64,000 bases of DNA from Octopus sinensis (Eukaryota): the NCBI RefSeq assembly GCF_006345805.1, contig NC_042999.1:81902001-81966000 (forward strand), read 5' to 3'. The position numbers and the translations under genes were made by a program. The notes under the pieces are model-generated. The model was not told where the DNA came from. It did no database searches and worked only from the letters and a program-made list of their open reading frames with translations. Positions 1 through 11,401 of this stretch are shown here, piece after piece; position 1 is the first letter of the stretch; each line of letters opens with the position of its first letter.

Positions 1-1560
1 AATTCATTTGAAAAATTACACGGCAGGAAGTGTTAACGCGACAAATTATAGATAATGAAATATATATGTGTTTCTCCTAGACAGGAGTCAAGTCTTAAAA
101 TTCGATGTTCGATAGCAAAACACCATCGATAAAATTGACAGTTATAATAGAAATAATTTTTCACACTAACATAATTATATATATTCAATACCACATTTCA
201 ATTTCAGGACTTAATTTTATGCATATTCACTTTTTATATTGCCTTTTTTTATAGTAGGAGTTTTTGTATGAATTTTATTACTTGAGATATATTTCAATTT
301 ATTAGATATTTCTATTTTCTTTAAATATTCTTTAAAAGTTCAGCATTAAAATAACATGGTTTCAGTTAAGTATATGTGTGTGTGTGTGTGTGTATGTCTA
401 AATGTAAATGCGTCTTATGTGTGCGTTTTGATTAATAATATTTCTGTGGATCAATATTAATAATTCATAATTTAATGTCCATAAAGATAACTTATCACAG
501 TTCCCAGTCACAAATTCATATCAGTATGTATATACAGAAACATACGCATACACACACACTCATACTTGCACATATATTTGAATGGCTGTATAGGTATGTG
601 TGTATTTGTGCATGAGAGCGATTCCGCATTAATAAACACAATTTAGTTTGGTCGTTGTATGTATGACTAACATTGAAAAAGAGGAAACTATGCCTTAAAA
701 CTAAATGAATATTTATTTATAAATAGAAAAGAATGGATTTTCATTTGCGTGGAACAATTGAGATGGTAAAAGTTGTAAAACAATAACAAAAGAATCAAAA
801 ACAACTACACACATGAATCTATGTGAACTTAATCGTTACGATGATAAAAAAAACATACATATAAAACTAGTGTATGAAGAAATATTCTTAAGTACTCAAC
901 AATAAAATAATATATTATATAAGACGCAGGTTACTTCGATAATATAAGTGGGATTGAAAGTTACCTGTTGGGCTTGATTTTATGTTACTAGTTTTTTTAT
1001 ATATTTTGTCAGAAACAATAAAAAAATCATATAATCATATTTCAGAAAAATCACAAAAACTAATAATTTTACGATAAGATGTCTAAAAAACATTAATATT
1101 TATGTTTTTTTCTTTTTTTCATTTTCAACAGAGTAATTTTCGAAAAGATATGAGATTTCTGAAAATCGAAGTCCCCATGCACCGTTCCAGTATCCAATAA
1201 CTTTCAGTTTAAAATAGATATGAAATCCAATGGAAGTTACGAAGTTCGAAAGATTGAGTTTTCTGAAAGAAGGAGAAAAAAGTCCTTACGGGTCTACAAT
1301 TCTTTGATAATGCATTGGTAATTTTATTGCGTTCTTTGTTTTGCTACTTTCGTAAGTTTTTTTATAAGTTCTAACTTCATCCATTAAATATGGGGCTTGG
1401 TGCAAAATTAAGAACACTGGTTATCCAACTTCACGTTTGGAAGACTATATACAAGAATTATATCATTTGAATCCTCCTTCGTATTGACCTATTAAAATAC
1501 ATTCCGATTGGGATATCTTGATACCATACGTACATCAGTACTCTATATCCCCCTCCCTCC

Positions 1561-1563
1561 TCA

Positions 1564-1634
<71 letters not shown>
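1561..1634. repeat. (TA)n microsatellite
   Basis: Uninterrupted TA run. Confidence 0.98.
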
Positions 1635-1637
<3 letters not shown>

Positions 1638-1644
1638 TATATAT

Positions 1645-1784
1645 AGGTGCAGGCGTGGTTGTGCGATAAAAAGATTGCTTCACAATCTTATGGTTCGGGT
1701 TCAGACCTACGGAATGGCACCTTGGGCCAACAAAAATCTTATGATTGGATTTGGTAGAGAGAAACTGAAATATCACGTCGTATA
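1645..1784 (+). mobile_element. tRNA-head SINE (family A), 5' half, degenerate
   Basis: Aligns by eye to the better copy at 45261-45420: AGGTGCAGGCGTGGTTGTG head, GGTTCGGGTTCAG B-box-like motif, GGATTTGGTAGA..GAAACTGAAA, ending in CGTCGTATA. Confidence 0.8.
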
Positions 1785-1815
1785 AGTGTATACATATTCA
1801 TATATATACATATTC

Positions 1816-1846
<31 letters not shown>

Positions 1847-1874
1847 ATAATATATATATTATATATATATATAT

Positions 1875-1924
<50 letters not shown>

Positions 1925-1969
1925 TTGTCTGCAGACACCAAACACACACACACGCCTATATATATATAT

Positions 1970-2129
1970 ATACGCCAGGCTTCTTTCAGTTTCCGCCTAC
2001 CAAATCCACTCACAAGGCTTTGGCCAGCCCGTGGCTATAGAACAAGACACGTGCACAAGTTGCGACGCAGTGGAACTGAAATCGGAACCATGTGGTTGGG
2101 AAGCAAGACCAAACAGCCACGCCTGCCTC
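1970..2129 (-). mobile_element. tRNA-head SINE (family A), 5' half
   Basis: Reverse complement matches 45261-45420 (TTTCAGTTTCCGCCTACCAAATCCACTCACAAGGCTTTGG ... GGAACCATGTGGTTGG). Confidence 0.88.
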
Positions 2130-3519
2130 TATATATGTGTGTATAATATATATATATGTCGCACTAGCTTTTTCTCTTCTCTCCCACTCCCTGTACACAC
2201 ACAAACACACACATATAAATATATACTCACACAGGGATACATATATGCACATAAATATATATTTATATGCGTATACACCCACACACACACGCACACAAAC
2301 ACGCACGCACACACACACACACATGCACACATATATATATAATCCACTCACATATTTACATATAATTTTGTTTAATTCGAAGTATTATTTCACATAGTTC
2401 CCACCCAAATTTAGTCGTATCTTATAAGGCAATCGCATTTCATGTTCATCTACTTATTTATTGCTTTGCTACTTTCCGTGTCCTTTTTATCAATTTTATT
2501 TTTAACATCTAGATCTTAATTTAACAAAATAGCGTTTTTATGCAAATTTATATCATTTACTAATAGTAGCAAGTATCTGAAATTGAATTAAGCTCTATAT
2601 TTGTTCATTTAATTAAATTTCCTTATTTAAATATTTTATTAAATAAAATAGTTTTATCTGACAATTTACATTATTTATTTCTGTAGTTTCTTATGGCATT
2701 TTCTATTTGAATAGCTATTACATCTAAACAACCATATAACACAGTTTTCCTTTACATAGATATAAACTAGTTTTACATTTACCATCTTTTACTAATCCTG
2801 ACTGTTAATCTCATGGAGAACATACCTATTGACTCGTTGATGATCTTTCCTTTTATCGACCATAATATACACAACTACTTCTTCAGAATTCAACATACAC
2901 ACATACCTACTTAGAATAAAAATGTGGGTCTTTTTCTTATATTCTTTTGTTTTGTTTTCTTTAAAAATAATTCCCATGACACATCAATATTCAGTAATCA
3001 TAAATTCAGTCCTTTCCACCAACCAGTTTCCAAAACTATGCGAAAGAACTGTTTTGTTTTTGACTGAATACTGATCAATATTCAATTAAATATCTGGTCT
3101 TGTTTTGATTTTTATTTCTATATATACCCTCCTCACACACTCATAACTTTTTTGTTTACTTATCTGTCAGCTAACTTTTATACTCAATCTGTTTTCTGAT
3201 TTGTGAGTCATATCTAGACTAGTATTTTAAAGAAAAGAATTTTTTCCCATAGATGTTTGTATATAATATGTAAAACTGAAGGATGCACTTCAACACTTGG
3301 TAGTTAAAAGATATTGCCTAAGGGATATGATGGAACATCCAAAAGCACTTTGGATCGATATTAAGCCGATGTTAAGCCTTGTTTCGGTTTATATAGAAGA
3401 GGTCTACGTCACTGTTTATGTGGTAATTATGTGTGCTTCTTAGTATTTTTCGGGTTTTCACATTAATGGCTCGGATCTCATCAAGCGTCCAATCAAGCAA
3501 CCCAGATTTTGTATGTATG

Positions 3520-3527
<8 letters not shown>

Positions 3528-3595
<68 letters not shown>

Positions 3596-3822
3596 TATAT
3601 ATATAATATATTATATATATATATATATATAATTATAACAATAAGGGTTTTAGCAACACGTTGCTTGACCACATACCGATTATATTAGAGATAGCATCCA
3701 AAGACTACTATTTCCTTTTTTTTACGTTTAGAACCTACGCTCCTCTAGAGAAAGGGAAACAGAAAAAAACAAGGACAGAAAAAAATGTGTGTAGTTGCTA
3801 AAGATCTATCATGGCGACTAGT

Positions 3823-3873
<51 letters not shown>

Positions 3874-3912
3874 TATATATATTATATATATATTATATAT
3901 ATATATATATAT

Positions 3913-3978
<66 letters not shown>

Positions 3979-4164
3979 TATATATAATATATATATATAT
4001 AATATATTATATATATAATATATATATATATATACATATAGGTATAATAATATATATAATATATATATACATGTATATATATAAATACATGTATATATAC
4101 TTATGTATATGTATAGATATACATGTATATGTAAACATGTATGTCTAGATGTATATATAGATGT

Positions 4165-4197
<33 letters not shown>

Positions 4198-4206
4198 ATA
4201 TATATA

Positions 4207-4254
<48 letters not shown>

Positions 4255-4275
4255 ATATATATATATAATATATAT
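3528..4275. repeat. Compound (CT)n/(TA)n/(CA)n microsatellite field containing a short dispersed-repeat fragment (about 3715-3815)
   Basis: Direct reading. The 3715-3815 segment resembles 49795-49880 (CCTACGCTC..AGAAAGG..ACAGAAA..AACAAGGA.AGAAAA..GTGTAGT.GCTA..GATCTAT.ATGG). Confidence 0.85.
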
Positions 4276-4473
4276 ACTTGTCTGCTATAAGTTCTATTCT
4301 AGCAAAAACTGTCTGATGAACGGCAACGAGAAACTCAGAGTAACAGATTTTGTTGAATTTTCTGCTGCTTAAAATAAAGTATATATATATATATATATAT
4401 ACATATATACATGCATACATATATACACCTATACAGACATACCGCTACAACCCCCCCCCCACACACACACACA

Positions 4474-4633
4474 CAGCTACCAGCCCACAGTCGACGCTAT
4501 GGCGTCCAGATTTCACTCTGGGCAACATTGGGGTGACTATACACAGCTACTAGCCCACAGTCGACGCTATGGCGACCAGATCTCGCTCTGCGCGACATTG
4601 GGGCGACTGTACACAGCTACCGGCCCACATTCG
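4474..4633 (+). repeat. 70-bp minisatellite array 1 (about 2.2 units)
   Basis: Unit ACACAGCTACCAGCCCACAGTCGACGCTATGGCGACCAGA.CTCGCTCTGGGCGACA.TGGGGCGACTGT; same unit as 5230-5569. Confidence 0.92.
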
Positions 4634-5057
4634 AAAAGTATCTTGGTGCGACTATGAAAGTTATCCAACCAGAGGCGGTAAATTCGCCACAATACAAGCA
4701 AGGTTAGAATCAACGTAGCGTACAAGGAAGTACTCGACTCGAACCTTGCAAAGTGGAAATATTTTATTTTTACCTTTATATCTGAGACGTAGGACGTCCC
4801 GGATAAAAATTTTAAATGTCCCCCCAGAAGTAGAGGTAGGCTGGATTGTAGCCGCGCTTCTATTCAAGAGGGAGGACAAATGCCAATTGATCGAAATTGC
4901 AAGAGATGGGCCAACAATTTCAGTCTGTTATATATTTTGAGTATTGTTATCACTAGCGATATCAAGATATAACTTTGTAATTTGTATTTTATGTGTAGAT
5001 GTATATATATAGATGTACATGTAATATGTACACATATATATATACATATATACATGC

Positions 5058-5099
5058 ACTAGCACTATGATCCGGCAACGACAGGGTCATAATGCTAGT
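5058..5099. mobile_element. Helitron-type 3' terminus inside a 42-bp palindrome
   Basis: ACTAGCACTATGA-TCCGGCAACGACAGGG-TCATAATGCTAGT. The core resembles the CCC.GGCAACGCC.GGT..CTAG termini at 24221-24249 and 11245-11272; the 13-bp arms have one mismatch. Confidence 0.7.
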
Positions 5100-5100
5100 A

Positions 5101-5610
5101 TATCGATATATATGAAACTGAGAATGTGTGTCTGTCTGTGTGAATCCCTAAAACTTGAGAACTACACAACCAATTTCATTCAAATTTTACACATGCCTTA
5201 CTTAGGGTCCAGGGAGTGTCATGGGCAAAGCTCTGGGCGACGTTGGGGCGACTGTACACAGCTACCAGCCCACAGTCGATGCTATGGCGACCAGAGCTTG
5301 CTCTGGGCGACACTAGGGCGACTGTACACAGCTACCAGCCCACAGTCGACACTATGGCGACAAGAGCTCGCTCTGGGCGACACTGGGGCGACTGTACACA
5401 GCTGCCAGCCCACAGTCAACGCTATGGCGACCAGAGCTTGCTCTGGGTGATACTGGAGTGACTGTACACAGCTACCAGCCCACAGTCGACGCCATGGTGA
5501 TCAGAGCTCGCTCTGGGCGACACTGGGGTGACTGTACACAGCTACCAACCCACAGTCGACGCTATGGCATTGGTGTCACTATTACAAACGGGTTGGGTTG
5601 GGCTGTATAT
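5101..5610 (+). mobile_element. Non-autonomous Helitron-like element (5' end plus internal satellite)
   Basis: Starts TATCGATATATATGAAACTGAGAATGTGTGTCTGTCTG, then AACTACACAACCAATTTCATTCAAATTTT, a layout typical of short Helitron-like elements; follows a Helitron-type 3' end directly. Confidence 0.55.
5230..5569 (+). repeat. 70-bp minisatellite array 2 (about 4.8 units)
   Basis: CTCTGGG(C/T)GA recurs at 5231, 5301, 5371, 5441 and 5511, an exact 70-bp period. Confidence 0.96.
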
Positions 5611-6034
5611 ATAGAGAACTATCGTTTGGAGGCAGCATAAAAAAACAACCCTTCCTCAATTGTTGGCAGATTTACCTACTCCGCATTGTGAGCAGTGCAT
5701 CAAGATGCGTCTTCGTCAAAGCAATTGCTCCCCCAAAGCAATTTAAATAAAATGTTAGATACGTGGAACGTCAAAGCTGCTAACAAAAACAGGACAGGGA
5801 AAACATTCGGTAAGGACTGTTTAACCCCAATGAGGTGAAATAGTGAACGCTGAAAAAAAGAAAGCATTGTCAAGAGACATATAAGAATGCGTGTAATAGT
5901 TATAAACTGAACGAGAAGAAAAAGAATTACATTTAGAAATAGAGATCTATAATTATTGAGTACAGAATTATAGAGAATTATAGAGAATTATAGAGAACTA
6001 TAAATATTGTATTATGCATAAAATGGTGGCTTAC

Positions 6035-6185
6035 ATTCGGGGCTTCCAATTTCTCTGTAAAATATGAGATAGTCGCAAAATCATCGCACATGTAACCATC
6101 ATCGATTACAAAAACCGGTGGAAGATAAAAGTTCCAGAGGACATTCTTGTTCTTTCGTTTGTACAAGGATCGTATTATGATTCCG
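6035..6185 (-). CDS. Candidate internal coding exon of an unidentified gene (151 nt)
   Basis: Acceptor ...ataatttattttaag| and donor |GTAAGC. One frame is open across the exon: GIIIRSLYKRKNKNVLWNFYLPPVFVIDDGYMCDDFATISYFTEKLEAPN; the other two contain stops. Protein not recognised. Confidence 0.4.
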
Positions 6186-6339
6186 CTTAAAATAAATTAT
6201 AGATACAAGTATAATGTATAGAAATATATAAAAGCCAGAATAGAAAATAAACGTCTTAGGCATATAAAATGAGATAACATGAGATATCAAAATGTTATAA
6301 ATTTGAAACCTACTTTCTTTAATTTTCTTAATCAATTTC

Positions 6340-6540
6340 CCGACAGCAGTAAAAAAAAAATAGGCTGCCTATAAGGGTGTCGAAGATTAAATTCTTCTGC
6401 AATTTTGCGATAGGACCATCCCTCTCGTCCTCTTAATAATACTAACTCGATTCTTTCTTCTTTAGACAGATACATCATTGGAACTGGGATTCTTTCTTCT
6501 TTAGACAGAGCCATCATTCGATCATCTGTAGAAAAAATAC
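6340..6540 (-). mobile_element. Tc1/mariner-superfamily transposase N-terminal fragment
   Basis: MYLSKEERIELVLLRGREGWSYRKIAEEFNLRHPYRQPI has an HTH-like transposase N-terminus; the first 21 bp are duplicated at 40-bp spacing. Confidence 0.65.
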
Positions 6541-6696
6541 CAAATAAATTTAGAAAAGTAATGTATTTTTTAAATTTAATTTAAACAAAAGTAAAAAAGG
6601 AAAATCATTTCTTATATTTGTTTATGTTATGATTTTATTCCATGTACCCAGACTTCGTGGACATCCTAAAATTGCTTTGATTAAAACCCTTTCAAC

Positions 6697-7040
6697 ATGG
6701 AAGTATCCAAGGAGCATTTAAGGCACATATAATTCTTTATGAGTACAATAATGGTAACTCTGCAGTCGAAGTGACTCAAAACATACACTCAGTTTATGGG
6801 AAATTGCTTTAATGAAAGAACTTGCAGGAGATCATTTTCAAAATTGAAGATGAAAATCGAATAGGATGTCCAGTTGAGATTGATGATAAGCTCCTTGAGT
6901 CATTACTGGAAGAAAATCCGTCATTATCAGTTGAAGAATTGGCAATAAACCTTACTTCAAACAATACAACAGTTCATCGTCATCTTCAACAACGTGGAAA
7001 GATTCCTAAACTTGAAACATAGGTGCCTCATGTATTGTCC
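6697..7040 (+). mobile_element. mariner transposase pseudogene, N-terminal HTH region
   Basis: MEVSKEHLRH..LYEYNNGNSA...EDENRIGCPVEID...LEENPSLSVEELA...TVHRHLQQRGK..KLET*VPHVL (degenerate WVPHEL motif), with frameshifts and a stop. Confidence 0.9.
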
Positions 7041-7139
7041 AAATATATATGTATGTATGTGTGTGTATGCATATATGTATGCATACACACGGCGGTGTAT
7101 CAGCATGGCCGCAGCTCTGAGCTGAAACTAGAGAAAAAA

Positions 7140-9938
7140 ATATGAATTTCGCAGACAGGAACTGAAACAAATCGATCATATATATATGTACATATGTAAG
7201 TCTATGTGTTTTGGTATTGGCACATACCATAACCAGTGCATCACTAACACAGGACATCCCACAAGGCATCTTGGAGACATCCAAGATCTCACCACTGGCA
7301 TCAGCTGGATCTCATCATTACACGAAGACCCTTTCTTAATTCTGTTCAACTGACTTGTAGTTACCACAGCGCGGATTGTGACACAGATCATTCACTAATA
7401 AGAAGCAAGGTGAGGATTCTGCCTAAAAAGTCCATCACTCCAAGAAAATGGGCCGACCACGCATTAACACTGCCTGAACCTCCGACCCTACACTGCGACA
7501 ATGTTTTGCTGTTTCTATCAAAGTTGCCCTCAGTAGCTGCCCAACAACCACTGCTGAAAGTAGGTGGAATTATATCAGGGAAGCTTTGTATACCACATCA
7601 ATAGATACTTTCGGCATGAGAGAAAGGAAAAACACAGATGCTGTTCAGTGCTGGGCTCTCAGAGCTGGAAACAGTTATCGAAACAAAGCGTGCAGCTCTG
7701 ATGTAATAGAAGAGTGATTCTTCTACAAAGTCACTCGAAGAACTCAGAAAGGCAAGAAATAAAACCCAACTGACTGGCAGACGCTGTGCAAATAGGTATT
7801 GGTAGGAAATCTGTCAGAGTATCCAGTCAGCTGCTGATACTGGTGACACCCGTGGGATGTATGCCGGTTTGGAGAAGGCCCTCGGTCCATCCGCAACCAA
7901 GTCAGCCCCTCTGAAATCAACTACTGGGGATCTCATCAAGGACCAAAGCAAGCAAATGGATAGATGGGTGGAGTACTACCAGGGTCTCTACTCACGAGAG
8001 ACCACGGTAGCTGAGGCTGCAATCGAGGGTGTCACGATCTTGCCAGTCATGTGTGAACTTGACAGTCTGCCATCTATAGCAGAGCTCACCAAGGTTATTG
8101 ACTCCCTAGCAAGTAACAAAGCTCCGTGAAAAGACGGCACCACCTTAGAGATCATCAAAACCGGCAAAAACACCATCCTGCTTCGGCACCTTCATGAGAT
8201 TCTGTATCAGTGCTGGGAAGAGGGTACAGTCCCTCAGGATATGCGGGATGCTAACATCATTACGCTTTACAAAAACAAAGGTGACCGTGGTGATTGTAAC
8301 ATTTAGCGTGGAATATCTCTTCTAAGCACTGTTGGAAAGGCCTCTGCTCGCATTATCCTTCCATTCTGCAACTACTTGCTTCTCGAATTTATCCAGAATC
8401 GCAGTGTGACTTTAGAAGAAGCAGATCAACTATTGACATTATATTCTCCATACGCCAACTTCAGAAGAAGTCCAGAAAGCAGAAAATGCCATTATATATG
8501 GCCTTCATTGATCTGACAAAGTCCTTTGACTTGGTAAGTAGAAAAGGCCTCTTCATCCTGCTCTAAAAAATCGGATGTTCACCAAAGCTGCTGAGGACCA
8601 TCACATCTTTCCATGATGATATGCAAGGCACCATATAGCACAATGGTTCAACATCAGCCGCCTTCCAAATAAAAATGGGACAAAGCAAGATTGTGTCCTT
8701 GCTCCTACATTATTTGGCATCTTCTTCTCGCTGCTGCTGTCACATGCCTTTGAGACATCAGATGATGGAGTGTTTCTGCACAGTAGAAATGATGGGAAAC
8801 TGTTCAATCTCTCGCGTCTGCGTGCCAAGATCAAAATCAGAAGTGTCCTGATCAAGGATATTCTATATGCTGATGATACCGCTCTGGTATCACACACAGA
8901 GGAAGCCATACAAAGGCTCATCAACTGTTTCGAGCAAGCATGTGGCAACGTTGGCTTATTTATCAGCCTCAAGAAGACCAACATCATGGGTCAGGCTACA
9001 TCGACCATCCCAAACATACATATTGGAGACCACAGACTACAGGAGGTGGAGAAGTTTAGCTATCTTGGCTCTACCGTCACCTACAACCTATCCCTTGATA
9101 CTGAGCTCAATATACGCATTGACAAGGCAGCTGCTGTGATGGCCCAACTCTCCAAACGGGCATGGGACAACAATTAGCTGACCAAGACCACAAAAATGAA
9201 GATTAACCAGGCGCGTGTACTTAGCACTCTACTGTATAGAAGTGAGACTTGGACGCCATACACACGCCATACGACGTCATACGTCGCCTAAATATCTTTC
9301 ACCTGCGCTGCCTCCAGAATAATGTCCCCAAAAAAGATGTCCTCAAGCAAGCAGGAATACCAAGCATGTTTACACTCCTCACACAAAGACGTATGAGATG
9401 GCTTCGACATGTTAGCCGTATGGAAGATAGCAGAATCCCCAAGGACATACTCAACGGAGAGATTGCTAGGGGCCATTGGTCTGTGGGTAGACCGTTCTTA
9501 CGATACAAGGATGTTTGCAAAAGGGACATGAATGCCTGCAACATCAATATTACCACCTGGGAAGCAGTTGCCAGCGACCGTGGAGATTGGCGACGTACCG
9601 TAAAAGAGGGAACACAAAGGAGTGACGTAGAGGGAGAGGAGAAATGGAAAGACAAGAAAAGATGTCAACAAGAAAGTATGACATTACAACCAGCCTGGCA
9701 GAGTCTTCGCTACATTTGCGGCACCTGTCACAGGGAGTGTTTGTCCAGGATAGGACTACACAGCCACAGCAGGAGATGTATTGGGATATGAAATGTAAAA
9801 GCCGGACTTGATTATTTTATGCGCAACTCCATTGTCTCCCGAGACAAAAAGAATGTCAACAACAATATATATGGATTTCGGAGACAGGAACTGAAACAAA
9901 TCAATCGTATATATATGTATATATGTAAGTGTATGTGT
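7140..9938 (+). repeat. 70-bp direct repeat flanking the RTE (7140-7209 and 9869-9938)
   Basis: Ungapped match, 64/70 identical by eye; the sequence is the middle of a family-A SINE whose 3' half continues at 9939-10090. Confidence 0.8.
7211..9865 (+). mobile_element. RTE-clade LINE, 5'-truncated, degenerate ORF (end of APE plus RT)
   Basis: Peptide blocks WRHPRSHHWHQLDLIIT, SADCDTDHSL, RDANIITLYKNKGDRGDC, AFIDLTKSFDLV, DILYADD, EKFSYLGS, GRPFLRYKDVCKRD, CLSRIGLHSHSRRC; 3' end CATTGTCTCCCGAGACAAAAAGAATGTCAACAACAA. Many stops and frameshifts. Confidence 0.96.
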
Positions 9939-10159
9939 GTGTCTTTGTGTCTGTGTTTCGCCCTCATCACTGCTTCACAACTGTTGTTCATTTATTTACA
10001 TCCACAAAACTTACTGGTTTCACAAGAACAAACTAATAGAATAAGTACCAGGCTTATCAACATAAAGAAGCACTAGGCTGTGTCTCATATTTTTGTTTGC
10101 CCACTCAGTTGTATCTATCAATTTATCTTTGTGTGTATGTGTGTGTGTGTGTGTGTACA

Positions 10160-10199
<40 letters not shown>

Positions 10200-10208
<9 letters not shown>

Positions 10209-10480
10209 CCCTAATGGGAACCTTAACTCCCAAATTTTAGTCATTTCTTTTATGATCCAAAACTATGTCAAAAGTACTGAATGGATCTTTATGAAATTTG
10301 GAAATTATATTCTAAGCATAAGGGTCATAACCCCCATGACAATTCATATATTTTTGCTGTTGATGAAATTTTAACCATAGATATTAAACACAAATGAACT
10401 AATATTTATAAAATTTCATCTTCATACAAAGTTAGAAAGACCCTCCATGGGGACTTAACACCCACAATTTTGTTATTTTA
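10200..10480 (+). mobile_element. Possible Helitron-like non-autonomous element fragment
   Basis: AGTACTGAATGGATCTTTATGAAATTTGG motif resembling the subterminal motif at about 5160; internal repeat C(T/A)..TGGG.AC.TTAAC.CCCA.AATTTT at about 10210 and 10442. Confidence 0.35.
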
Positions 10481-11205
10481 TCTAAGCAAATACGAATACA
10501 GTTGTGCTCTTGGAAGCTGTAGGGCTACCCGAGCATAAAAGCTGGGCATTATTTCTAATTCAATGGTACAACAGTGTAACAGTTTGCTTTATATTGTGAT
10601 TTCTGCAATGTGGGGCATAAATTGTTAAGTAAATGAGAGGCATCTTTGTCCCCACTGATTCAGTTGCAAAGTGTTGAGTAAAGTTATTTGATTGCAGACC
10701 TCCTTTCAGTCTTTTTATTATCACTCGGTCGCACATAGTCCCCAGATTGTAACATTGATTACAAGGCCTTCCCAGATGACTGACTGGTTATTCGAAGACA
10801 TTTATAGATTTTAAATTTATTCTGTCCAGTTATGTATCAGTATAGTGGTCATTTGCAAACTCCAGATGTGACACTTTAATTTCTCCTTAGCCCTCACCTC
10901 ACACAGTTGTTAATGTTGATTTCAGTTGGGTCACGCCCTTCCAATTGCTATAGATTCGTCATGCATCTTACGGGTGTGCCTGTCACCTGGATGGTGAGGA
11001 ATCCTACATTGGGAGTGGTAACGACTAGGGTAGGAAAACTGACTGCTTATTGTGATCATTCGTCTTTTGGTTTCCATGTGGCACGATTACAATTTTTTTT
11101 AGGGTGTGTAAAGAGGGAAATAACCCTCATTTGCAATGTTTTATGAAATTCGAAGCATAGATATCCCAGTTCATTCAGAAAATATAAGAGAAAAGTCTAA
11201 TTCTT

Positions 11206-11244
<39 letters not shown>

Positions 11245-11246
<2 letters not shown>

Positions 11247-11272
11247 AGCAGAGATACCCGGCGTTGCCCGGT
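11245..11272 (-). mobile_element. Helitron 3' terminus (GC-rich hairpin plus CTAG)
   Basis: Reverse complement ACCGGGCAACGCCGGGTATCTCTGCTAG; nearly the same as 24221-24249. Confidence 0.85.
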
Positions 11273-11277
11273 TACAT

Positions 11278-11401
11278 TCAGTATCAAGGGATAGGTTGTA
11301 GGTGACGGTAGAGCCAAGATAGGTAAACTTCTCCACCTCCTGTAGTCTGTGGTCTCCAATATGTATGTTTGGGATGGTCGATGTAGCCTGACCCAAGATG
11401 T
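11278..11401 (-). repeat. Inverted 124-nt copy of RTE segment 8981-9104
   Basis: 122/124 identical to the reverse complement of 8981-9104. Confidence 0.95.

Noticed and set aside
1131-1316. Plus-strand exon candidate after a very strong polypyrimidine acceptor at 1130
   Set aside because: All three frames hit stops before the next donor; at most a non-coding exon, with no further support.
5067-5640. Repetitive ORFs (QSTLWRPELALGDT..., GRLYTATSP...) and a CRISPR-like look
   Set aside because: The period is 70 bp (not a multiple of 3) and the units are contiguous with no unique spacers; no cas genes, and the context is eukaryotic. It is a minisatellite.
10500-11100. Possible degenerate LINE RT on the minus strand (SHLEFAND resembles a FADD motif)
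   Set aside because: One weak motif only; the flanking RT motifs could not be recovered.
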